Origin: Octopus sinensis
Taxonomy: Eukaryota
Direction of reading: 5' to 3'
Assembly: GCF_006345805.1 (NCBI RefSeq)
Contig: NC_043007.1
Span: 62,062,001-62,126,000 of the forward strand
DNA: 64,000 nt
Under the pieces are notes generated by a model. That model had not been told where the DNA came from, made no database searches, and saw nothing but the letters and a program-made list of their open reading frames with translations. Numbering within the stretch: position 1 is the stretch's first letter; the number at the start of each line of letters is the position of its first letter. Of the stretch, positions 14,101-26,751 are shown piece by piece. The position numbers and the translations under genes were made by a program.

Positions 14101-17100
14101 CACATAAAAAACACTCATTACACTCTTGGAATGGTTGGTGTTAGGAAGGACATCCAGCCATAGAAACCATACCAAATCAGACTGGAACCCAGTGCATCCC
14201 TCCGGCTAACCAATTCCAGTCAAACTGTCTAACCCATGTCAGCATGGGAAGTGGACATTAAATAATGATGATGATGTACTCTGAGTTCAAATCCCACTTA
14301 AGTCAACTTAACCTCTCATCTTTTTTTGGAGTGTCAATAAATAATAGTACCAGTCTAAGGCATTAAATTAGCAGAATTTTAGAGCATCAGGTAAGATGCT
14401 TTGTATCATCTGTTTCAGCTCTATACAGTCTGAATTAAAATTATGCCTCCTATCAGAAAAAAAAATAAATAAAAAAAAATAAGCCACAGGTCTTTCAGGA
14501 CCAGGCAAAAGCTGTAATAGACTTGGGAAGTGCTTACATAAGCACCCAAGTATTTCAGTTAATCACCTTCCATGCATACCAACTGGCATGACATAAGTCA
14601 GAAAAACTCAAGTTCTGTACATTCAAACAACAACAATAATAGATATAAAAATCAAGAATACGTACAAAAGCTTCCGTGACAATAATAAGGAGAGCTCGGA
14701 TTGTAATGCTTTTAAAGCTCACAGCATCTTTGTTTCCCAAGATCTCATAATACTGACTTGGTATTAATCCGAGTTTATAAATGATAAATTGTTCTGAAAG
14801 GAAGAAAGAAAGAAAGATGTTAATAAGGAAGAAAAACAAAGATAAACTATTTCGTTTTTAGATTTGGTTTGCAAGATTTTTTTTTTTTTGTGAGTTCGTG
14901 TGGTCTGAAAGAAATATATATAGTTTTAATTATACAGAAAAACAATGATGAACAGCTCTGAAAGAAATGTATATACATATAGTATATGTATATATTTAAT
15001 TTTTCTATATATTTCATTTTAAATGAAATTTTGAATGTTAGATAACTAATGTTGGTTTTTTCAATTAGAAAACAAAACCTAATGACGATGTAATTAGCAA
15101 CTAGCACATTTTGTTCTTAGTTTTTGTTTACTTTAATATTTAAATTCTTTACTTGACTGTTATTTCTTTATTTCTGTTCACTAGAAACCTCACGACAAAC
15201 TTTGTTCAGCCACAACATTCTTTCCATTCATTTCTGTTAATGAAATTCTCTGTACATACTTCTGTTTTCTCAGTGGTCGAAGCAAATCGATGACTTCGTG
15301 CTGTAGCCATTTTCCTTCTGATGTGATTGAAAGCATTTTTTTGATATGTGACATTTGAACATTAGAAACGAGTTCCGAACTTGCTATTCAAGTTTGCTGA
15401 AACTTATCATCTGTCACTCAAAATAACAGCTCAAATGGGATAAAGAGTACATGCATCATGACAACAATAATACCAAGTGTGTGTATGTGTGTGTAGACTT
15501 ACAATATATCCTATTAAGAAAAGTTTACACAAACATTCAATAAAACTCAAATGGGATAAAGAGTACACACTTTATCCGCTTATATAATGCAACGGGACTC
15601 GCTTGGTAGTCAAGTCCCTGACGCCCCAATTTATTGAGGCCACCATTGTTACGTATGCAGGAGTGGGGAAAATGTTTTCATTTCAAGGATGCACCTTTAT
15701 CCCTCGGGGTCAGACATGCCGTTTAACTTCCGCAGATTACCATGCCCATCAATAAATCCCAAGGCCAAACACTATCAGTGGCAGGTATCCATTTGGGGGA
15801 GCAGTACTTTTCACATGGGCAACTTTATGTGGCCTGCTCCCGTGTGGGGAGTAGAAATGCTCTTTTTGTGTATGCTCCTCAGGGCAGAACACGCAATGTT
15901 GTCTATAGTGAAGTTTTATAGATGTAGACAGAAGAACAAGTCATCATTGCAGCCAATGTGGTTATAAACAGGTGATCTTGAATCGTTGGCTGGACATATT
16001 CTCAAACTATGGCAACGTGATTCATAGACTCTTCCTCTTCTTTATTGGACAATGCTGACTTCAACAACAATGCTCACTCGGTCGATATCAGTGCTTGGCC
16101 AAGTTGTTCATAGAGTTAGGCTAGAAGGGCCAGGCTCCTTATTTTTTTGTTAAGGCTGTTGGTAAGTTTTCCTAAGTTACTCCAATCCGGATAGCCAATG
16201 CAAACCTTCAAATCAAACTTCACCAATGCAGTCTTGACCAATAGTACCCCTAGGTGTTAGGACTACATCGGGATTAGTTGCTGCCTTTTAGAGGCTCCCG
16301 AGCCCCCTTCGCTAGGTTAGCTTAGGCTTACGTTAAGGCTTAGTTGTGATCTGAACAGAACCTCTTCTGACACAGAGGATTGGGAGCCCTTTCAGGTGTT
16401 CTATTTTCCTTGCCAGAAGGCCTTCCAATCCATGGGCCAAGGAGGGTTAGATGATGGGGGTGTTCAAAAGAGCCGGCATGTGCAACCTGATCACTTCTCC
16501 GGTCAGACTCCCAACCTATGCATTCCCATCGCAACACTGATTTTGCAGAACTGGGTTGGGTGTGAAAACCAACTTTAAAGTATAGATTTTTTGAATCAGC
16601 AATGCTGTGTTCAGTTAAGTCCTATTTGGGGTGAAAAATCAATAAACTGATTCCTTATGGGATTTTCCATTCAATCAGGATGAAAAATTGATAAACTGAT
16701 TCTTTATAGGATTTCCCACCAAAATTGGCTACACCCCATTTCCAATCATAACTTTTACCAGTTTTGATGTATTTTGTTCAAACTTGATACCGATGTTACT
16801 TAGGACTCATGGGATCTTTGACTGCTTTAAGTTCTCAAAAAAAAAAAAAAAAAAAAAAAAAAACAATCGATGAGTAGAAAAATCAATAAACCGATACCTT
16901 ATGGGATTTCCAAATCAAATTGTCTGCAACCCATTTTCAACCAAACATTTACCAATTTCAATGGATTTCACTCAAATTTGACGTCGGTGTTACTTAGTTT
17001 GGTTTGAAACAAAGCGCTTGATTAGTTTAATAATCCTAACTTAATCCCAGGCAATGCCAGGCTATACTGCTAGTGTTGGCTAAAATGTTTAGCAGTAATT

Positions 17101-20100
17101 TACTAGCTTTTTACATTCTGAGTTCAAATGCCGTCAAGGTAAACTTTCCCTTTCATCCTTACAAGATTTGATAAAATAAAGTACCAGTCAAGTACAAGAA
17201 TCAGTGTTATCAATTCATCTCCTTCCCTAACATTGCTGGCCTCATACAAAAATTTGAAACCAATTTATGTTCCAAACGCCACTTTAACCCTTTAGCATTT
17301 AAACCAGCCATATCTAGCCAAAATATTCTACCTGTTTTATATTCAAACACACAAGATCCAGTCTCTGACACTTACCCTACAATGTCAGTCTAAAAACATC
17401 TCATCATCAAACTCTCAAAGCTACAAAATAATGCATGATTAAAGCAATGTGAATAAATAAGCATTATATTTGACAGTGTAATGTGAATATTAAAAGGTCA
17501 ATAAATGACAAATATATTTTAATAAATTATCTTTAAAATTACCATAAAAACCCATGCAATTTATGCACTTTTTTCGTAAAAATAAAATTTGACTTTAGTG
17601 GGTGCTTAAATTACATGAGTTGATCGTTTCCAGAATTTTTTTTGTTGGAAAAAGATGTAGTACTGGAAGTTGACTATTTAATATCAGAATAAGTTTTTAC
17701 AGAAAAAATAAGGGCTCAAATATAATGAAGTTGACTTTTATTTATGCTGGACGGTATAATGCTTACTTTTTCTGTATAAATTTACTAAAACCATTAAATG
17801 GTTAACTACTTTTTGAAATCTGCTATTCATGCTTGTTAATCACAGTCCAGGCCATACTTTACACTGCTTGGGGTTTCTACCTCTCGCAATGGAGCACCAT
17901 TGACATACATAGTGATATGGATATTCTTGACTGAAGAAAATGTAATGATATGGATGATCTCAATTGCATGGTTTTATTTTTGTCTGTTTTTCTTGTTTTG
18001 TAGAGAGATTGGCAAAATTATTGAGGATGGTAAAGAAAGTAAATATTTACAATTTACATCCTGACTACTACCATTCACGACATTGCTGTGAGCTACCAAC
18101 TATTAGGAGCAATGTGCAGCTGTTCACTCACAATCATATCTAAAATAAGATTTTCTTGAACATAACTTAACTTAAAACAACAAACAAATTTAAAACTTTT
18201 ATGTACTGTATGAAAATGTACAGGCAATGCATAACAATTATTATTATATTGAAATGGATAATATTCTTATTAAACAGTTCGTGTTTCAATCTCATTGGTG
18301 ATTGAGAGCACTGGTATTTACCATTCACTTGTTAAAGTCAATCCTGTTTATCAAATCCAAAGAACTCGTCCTCATCATCCAACATAAAAAATGCCTCTGC
18401 ATCAAAGTCGTTAGTGTCCTTGTCGTGATAATATACATCCATTGCATCATCTTGTTTATCAGCATGATCATCACATGTAGCAGGTTCGGATTGCTACAAA
18501 ACATCATCCTGTGTACCATCAAGATGATTGGAAATGCTGCACTGAAGAAATGATTTCACAATGATCTTAGGGTCAAGTTCATTCTATGCCTCAAGAATCC
18601 ATTGGCATATCTCATCTAATTTGGGCTTTAGTAAAAAAATGTTTATCACCACTAATCCAGTTGTTCCACTTTTGGCGCAAAACATATTTCATGGGTTTAT
18701 TTGCATCCAACATGTAACGGCTGCAAGATCGAAGTCATTCCACCGGGAATGGCAGCAAGTGCACAGTTGTCACTTCTTAATACATCTTTCACATAGTCCA
18801 ACTTATGAGATCTAAAACCATCCAAAACTAATAAACTATGTTCATGGGTATTGGGACATTGTCCCCACACAAGTCTTAACCATTCTTTCATGTTGGATTT
18901 GGCCATCCAGCCTTTTTCATGGACTCTAATGATTATGCCTTTTGGAAAGTTTAACTTAGGCAATGTCTTTCTTTTGAAGATAACATATGGTGGCAATTTT
19001 GTTCCATCTCCCAAACATGCTAGCATCACAGTAAATCTATTCTTTTCATTTCCAGTTGTTCTTATTTTAACCGATTTTTCATCAATATGTTTTACTGTTG
19101 TGTCATATGGCAAATCAAATGTTAACAGGGTTTGGTCTGCATTTTCAATGCATGACAGTTCAATATTATATTTTCTTCTAACTTTGATAAAACAACTCTG
19201 AAAGTTGGTCAGCTTTTCTTCAGAAAGTCTTTGCGCAATTGTTGTTCTACATCATACACTTAAGTCATAATGGTTCATAAAACAATAGCACCACTTTAGC
19301 GAAGCTTTAAAATCCACACTATCAGCACTATATTTGGTCTTAAAAAACTGACAAGCACGCAATTTTATCTCGGTGGTGCTTACACCAAAACCATCATCAC
19401 ATTTGTCACATATCCAATGATAAAGTTCAGTCTCTAACTCCGAGAATTTTGCAGATTTACCCCTATTGGCAGGTTTATTACTAGGCAGAGTTTTAAGTTT
19501 GTTGTACTGTTTACCCCAATTTCAACATTGGCTTCATTAACATTAAAATACCTTCCAGCAGCTCTATTGCCACATTCAAATGTATATTCAACAATATTTA
19601 ATTTCTCCTTCGCCGTAAATGTTTAATAAGTTCTGCCCATACTGACAATAATGGTGTAGCAGAATGGATTGACAAAAGCATAAATGACAAACTATTCTCT
19701 CTCTTTATAATTGTTTGGACCTAGCAGAGAACACTTAGCTATAAAGATCATGTTTTAACCATTTGCTCTGATTAGTTAATTTTTAGGTGCAATTTGTCCT
19801 CTAAGCAATTATGCCAAATTACCCAGTCAACCAATCAGATACACTCAAATGGATCACGTGTTCTCTTGGAGCCCAGCAATTTCTTTAAATATATCAGTTT
19901 TTCTCCACTTAAGAAGTCTAGCTTGCATTTGCCTCCAGGAAGCTATTGCTCGTTTTCTCCATGTTACGACAATGAAATTCATCACCACCAATATTGCTGC
20001 TACCAGCTCTTACTGCATCTAACGCCTACAACAACATCATAATTCATCTTTGCGCCTGTAAACTCACTAAGTGAATATGCCTTTTAGCATTCCTTCAGAA

Positions 20101-23100
20101 ACCTTCATTTACCTTATACAATGTTTAACGTTGTTTCACATTCATGTTGAATTATGCAGCAATCTTACGTTCTCTTCATACAACACTTGTAATGTATGTA
20201 TTAGCAGTTCTTTTGGTATAGTAGATTTTTGCTATTCTCGTTTATGTCTCTTCACAGACGTGTATATTGTAACAAGTCGCTTCTTAAATTTTGCACCTCT
20301 TGTTCAATAAACACTGAGTTAAACTTGCAAAGCTGTTTATTTTCTTTTGATTTTTAATGTTTATTTTAGTGGGTTATCAAACTATCAGTTTGGTCCCCCA
20401 GCTAAAACGGTAATGACAAATTTTAAAGTTTGCTTGACATTTTATAAGTGTGAAAGGGATTAAAATTTCAATACTCCGTATCAAATGTTCCAACAAGAAT
20501 AGGCAGAAAGTCAGAGCTTAAGACAAGAAGACACTTTCGACCAATCAGAATTCAGTTTACATAATCAGTTTGATCGGTCATGTTCCTCTGTCAGTTGAGT
20601 AGAGTGTCATCCAAGCTGATGTTTATTGGTAATTAAACTTAATTTGCAACACCTGGGAAGATTTATAAGCTTTGTTTTTATTGATAATTCTTATCAACAA
20701 CTTTTCCTGTGACTGTGATTTAAGACATACAGCAGCATGCTAAAGATTGGACATAATCTCTTGTGGGTAAGAAATGTAAAATAAAGTTTATTATAAACAA
20801 CACAAACACTTTGTAATTTAATAATTTTTAATGTGATACCTGTTAAATGGAAATTATTTTTATTTAATGAAAATTTAATAAAATCCAATCATAAGTAAGT
20901 GAAATTAAGCTAAATACAACTAAATTAAAAACCTTTTTCCCCTGGCCATATCAGCAATTCTGAAAACTTTTTGCTGTGAATTTTACACAAGTAGAAGCTT
21001 TTTGTTAACAATTTTTATCCTGAGAATTACCTGCATAAATTACACAGGTGCACAAAGTACATGAGTTTTTACAGTAACTGAAAAAAAGGCAATATATTTC
21101 AACAGAAATATAGTAACAAAGGGGTTACCATATTGGTCATTATTCATCTGGTATCTGCAGCAATTTTGTTGGAAAGCTTTAATTTATATCACTTTAAAAA
21201 AAAATTGTACCATACAATCAAGGGCAGTCACAAACAAGTTGGTGTCAAAAAGATTAATAATTCATTTACAGGCTGGCCACTGAGCAGGGCAGTTGGTCAG
21301 AATAAACTCCAAAATTCCAATCAGGAAGTGAACACTCAAACATACACATACATACATGCATGCATATATACACATATGCTTGCATATGTACACACTCACA
21401 TATATGCTTACAGGTACACGTAGATACATACATGCATACATACACAAACGTACAACCCTCCCCAGCACACACACAAACACTAATTTGAAAACATACCTAC
21501 CTAACATGGACAGCAATAACAGAAAGATGCAGAGTAATGTTGGGAGGCTGAGGAATGATGGAAACATAAAGGTGAACAGTTTGAGAAACCTTTTCACAAA
21601 CAGAAGATCAAACTTGAGCCTGCAAATTAGATTAAATTTTGAAATATTAATATTTTTGACAAAATAAAATAAATCAGATTTTTTTCATAGTTATATTCCT
21701 AATATTTCCCTAAATTTCAAAATCAAAATCATTGATAGTAGAGATACACTGATACAAATATTTATATATTATGATACATAAATCAATTAAGTTTATCAGC
21801 AGGAGGAGTAGCAGCATTGTTTAAACTCTACTTGCAAGGGTCAGATGAGTGTATATTAGGGTAAAAGTTTTCTATGGTCATATGCCCTTCCTGACGTTAA
21901 TACCCAATTATTTCATAGTTTTATCAAATGACAAACTGCCTGGACATGTTTACACACAGAACTGAAAACAAATGATACCTTACAAAAGATTCTTCTGCCT
22001 AACAAAGATTGCATAATATGTGAAGAAGCCCAGACATGCTTTTATGATGGGCTGCAAGTGACTCTCAGTAAGGCCACTGTTTAAAACTAGCAAACATACT
22101 TGATGACAAGAGACTGAGCAAACACTAAGAGGTCATTAGCTGTTCTCAAGTTTGATATCTTTACGGAATGTATGCCAAAGAAAGCAAAAAATTAGAAAGT
22201 TATCCTGAACTGGGTGACATTTTAGGACAAGCAAAATTATCTTAAATTTGTTCAAACATTGTTGACATAGTTGTTTATGGTTAAGTGAACATCTTCAGAC
22301 TTACTGCTCATGATTTATACTAAGCTGTCAGTGAAATATAAAAATATTGCAATATAGATTAACCTTAAAAATGGAATGCAAAGTAACAATATAATAATAA
22401 CGGTTTCAAAATTTGGCAAAAGATCAGCAATTTTGGGAAGATGGTATTAATCAATTATATCAACTCCTGGCATTTTATTTTATCAATGATAAAGGGATGA
22501 AAGGCAAAACTGACTTCAGTAGTTTTTGTACTCATAACAAAAAGAGCCAGAAGAAATGCTACTAAACATTTTGCCGCTGCCGACGCCACGACCAACACTG
22601 CTGACCATGGCTATGCTGATACTGACAGACTCCCACATCAACAGTTAATGCAGTCATTAGGATATCAGATTAGATTGCATTGTGGTAATTGTTCAGGTTG
22701 GTGGTAGCGGTGGTGGTGGTGGTGATGGTTAAATAATGTCAACTGACTGGAAATAAGCAAAGGTGAAGAGTCGCTTATCTTATCAAACAACGATATATGA
22801 TATGATGGTACTTGACATAGGTCAAAATAATTTTTTCTCTTTCAGAGTCTTATTTAAACAAGCTATATCTTCCTTATACTAGATAAAGCAATCTAAATAT
22901 GCTATCAACCACATTTAGTTTTGAAAGTTAATGCAACATGAGTAACAGTAATATTCTGAGCTTCTTCAAATATCAATATTATCAAACAACGGTTTAACTC
23001 TTAGCCTTCAGATTACTCTGTTAAATGTAATACTTATCTATTCAAATTGTTTTGAATTAATCATGCATTATCTCATAGCTTTCAGATTTCAATGACGTAA

Positions 23101-25394
23101 TTGTTATTTTCAGAATGACATTGTAGGTGTGGAAGACCAATTTGAACATAAAATAGGTAGAATATATGGCTGAGAAAAAGCTTTGAATGCTAAAGAGTTA
23201 ATAAGTTCCCACACTCTTCACTTTTTCCTACTTCCATCATCTTTGAAAGGAGAGGTTTTTTTGTTTTTTTTGTTTTTTTTTAATCTGAAATTCATTGTAT
23301 CATTGATCCTAAAATATCTACATCAATGAATGATCCACAATGTTTAAACTGTTTTTATTCTTTTACTTGCCTGTCATTGAAATCTTTGCCTTTCATTCTT
23401 TTGGGTTTGGTAAAATAAAGTATTAATGAAGTACTAGGGTTGATAGTAACCCCTCTCCTGAAATTTGAGTTGTTCCTATATTAGAAACAGTTATTATAAG
23501 TGGAGGGCCAAAATGATGATGTTTTTAGGAAAAATCTGGGTGTCACTGGAAATCAACTGGCAAGTCTATTTCAGAGGACTCTTGGGTCTGGGCTCATGGA
23601 CAATATCCAGAAATTCTTGGCCTGGTATGGCCACCAGGGAGCATTGCTGGTGCAAGATAAACCCTACTGCTATGGAAGTACTGTGAGCTGGATCTCTCCA
23701 AGATACATGCAAAGTAATGAAATTGCTCTGCATGCAGTCATCCAGTGCCTGGGCATTGCTAACTTATGAAGTTATGCCAAATACTTACAGTCATATGTGC
23801 AGCAAATTCAGCTGTTAGCAGAGTCCATTGAGAAGATCATTCTGCTGCCCACTGCTGACTTGTGGAGTTATGTCAAACACTTGCAATCATATGTGCGACA
23901 GCTCCAGCAATTAATGAGTCCATGGTGAAGATCATCCTGCTGCCTTCTTTTAGCTGGGAAGGACAGGAAGACTTTATCTGACAAAAGAGGTTATGTAGTG
24001 GAGAAGATTGAAAGGGCTGAAGATAGACACCTTCCTCTTTGGCCAAGCCCTTGTCAACTTTCTCAAGTTTCATTAGTGTGTATATGTCTTATAGTGTGTC
24101 TTTCTGCATTAGGTACATTATTAACCCTTTCGTTACCAACCCAACTGAAACCGGCTCTGGCTCTATAGTACAAATGTCTTGTTTTCATAAGTTTTGAATT
24201 AAAATCTTCCATCAAACCTTAGTCACAATTTATGTTCCTAACACTAGCTGAATTATAACTAAATTATTTTACTAAATTCTTTATTATACTTAAAGTAACT
24301 GAAAGAAACAAAGAGCATCTCAAAATAAATACGGTAACAAAAAGGGTTAAACACACACATTCACACATACATATGTAATGGTACACTATTAAACACACAC
24401 TTGTCAACACATACATATACACATATGATGACTGACAACAACAATGATGTTACATTTTGTATATGACTGTATATCTGTCTGTGAATGTATGTGTGTGAGT
24501 GTATGAGTGTGTATATATCTCACAGTGTGTGTGTCTTTCCACATTAGGTACATTATCAAACACTATATGTGAGGGCTGGTCAGTGTCAATACAAAATTTT
24601 ATTTTCATTTCCATTATTTTCATTTCGATTAAAACAATTAATAGAGATAATCTTTCTATTGTCAACAGGACATTTTATACAACAGCAACATCAAATTTTG
24701 TATATGACTGTGTATCTGTCTGTAAGTGTATGTGTGTAAGTGTATGAACATGTACATATCTCAGTGTGATATGTTATTAAACACACACACATCTACACAT
24801 ACATATACATATGTGATGGCTGGTATTCATGAATGTACCATTTGCTTATATTTCATTAATTTACACTGCATACAAAAATACAGGATGCTATATAGATACC
24901 ACACCGTAAACCATTTTGCCTTATTTTTTTCAGGTAATTCATTACTACATATTCTCATGTGACTGCATAGGCTCACTTTATGTCTCTTATTCTACAGCCA
25001 CACCAGCAATTCAATGTCAACCCCTCACCTTCTGCAACATTACCACAGTTCACTTCCGTATTGCTGACTCCCATTGCAGCCCTTTCCTGGAATGTGCCCA
25101 TTTATGTACAATATCTCCATTACACCTCCATTCATCTGACTGTCAACCATACGATGGATCATGTTAGACGCTGCACTGACCGCCTCAAAGGCAAATATAT
25201 CCACTGACAGCTTTTTGGTGGGTTCAAAAATTACATAACCCCACCAACTCCCAATTATCCATAACAGGTTAGGGCATGGCATCCGGCAAACAAATGTATT
25301 ATATGTTGCTTAGTCGAATTAGACCATCATTTACTCCACAAATGTTTTGTCATCAATGCTGCACTTTCCCATATCACCTGTTTCAACATAACTG

Positions 25395-25435
<41 letters not shown>

Positions 25436-26717
25436 AACTATACCATTTTAATCCCAAGCAACGTCAGGTATCGCTGCTAGTTTTGATATAAAAATCAATG
25501 GGATAGGTCAGGTAATTGTTATGAAATATAAAGTGAAAATTTATCATTAATCTTTACTTAGAAAAGAACATATTTTCTTCAAGTACAATAAGAAAGAAAA
25601 ATTTCTCACTAATTCAATATGGTCATTGCAAAATCTGGCCACAGTATGGCAAAAAAATATAAAAATTAATAAAGAGGGTAGGGTCACCATAAATCAGAAA
25701 AGATCCCTCTCTCTTCTACTAATGAGTTTGCTGTAAGTTACAGCAATTTAATTTATGCTTTTATTGTTAAAGCAAGGAATTAATTTTATCACATTTTATC
25801 TGTTTCTTAACCTTGGCTCACTGAGAAAGGTACCATGTGGTCATGAGATGTGCTAGAAACAACAGTGAAAGAAAACTGGCCAAAATTGGTCCATATCAAG
25901 GGTGGATGGAAGTGGGAGGGGAACAACATAAATTTTCAAAAAATGTTTTTCACAAAAAGTTTCCCTACATCATTTCCAAGGCAGTGGTGGAAAAAAAAGT
26001 TGGAAAAATCCCCATCAAAATGGAGAAAATTCAACTTGCATGGGCATCTTGATCCGAAACTCCACCATTTACAGCAATTTTTAATAGTCTATTAAAATTT
26101 TATCAAAATGGTATCATATCCCAAAAGTCTCGAGATTTAAAATACTTCTATATCTACTACAAATGTGTCAAAACTCAAGAGTAGCTTATACTTTTGGATT
26201 AAACTAGGTTTGAAAACACTGTGAAATTGACTGTTTCTCAAAAGTAACAAAATAAGCTATACATAAATATTTTAAAAATTGCCAAAAAGAAAAGTTTCCT
26301 TTTCAAGAACCTGAAAAGATTTTTTTAAATAGGCTACTACTATCTTATGAACACTACTAATCTATGTAATTTGAAGATGATTATCACTTCAGTTTCAAAA
26401 ATATGATTAATAATCCATTTAGACTAATTAGGCAAAATTTCAACCAATTTGCTGACAATTCAGATTGTCATATTTCCTAATATATTTATCCAAATTTCAC
26501 AAATGAGGTATCTAAATATTTCTTTTTGGACGTTCCTCAAAAAAACAAAACAAAAGAGTACAGAAGAAATTACATCTAAATATATTTCAAAAGTTCATAG
26601 TGATACCTACTGAGAATAGGATACTATATAATGTACACCCATAGATTGTAATAAAATCCTGTAGAGAAAGAAATATTGAAGTTGTTTTACTACAATTTAA
26701 GTGTGGTAAAATGGATG

Positions 26718-26751
<34 letters not shown>

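Noticed and set aside
23430-24080. GC-richer block with 70-90-aa ORFs
   Set aside because: No recognisable motif or splice-consistent exon; probably an old TE relic.
24960-25330. Possible Harbinger nuclease relic (LYINGHIP)
   Set aside because: The resemblance is too weak to call without a search.
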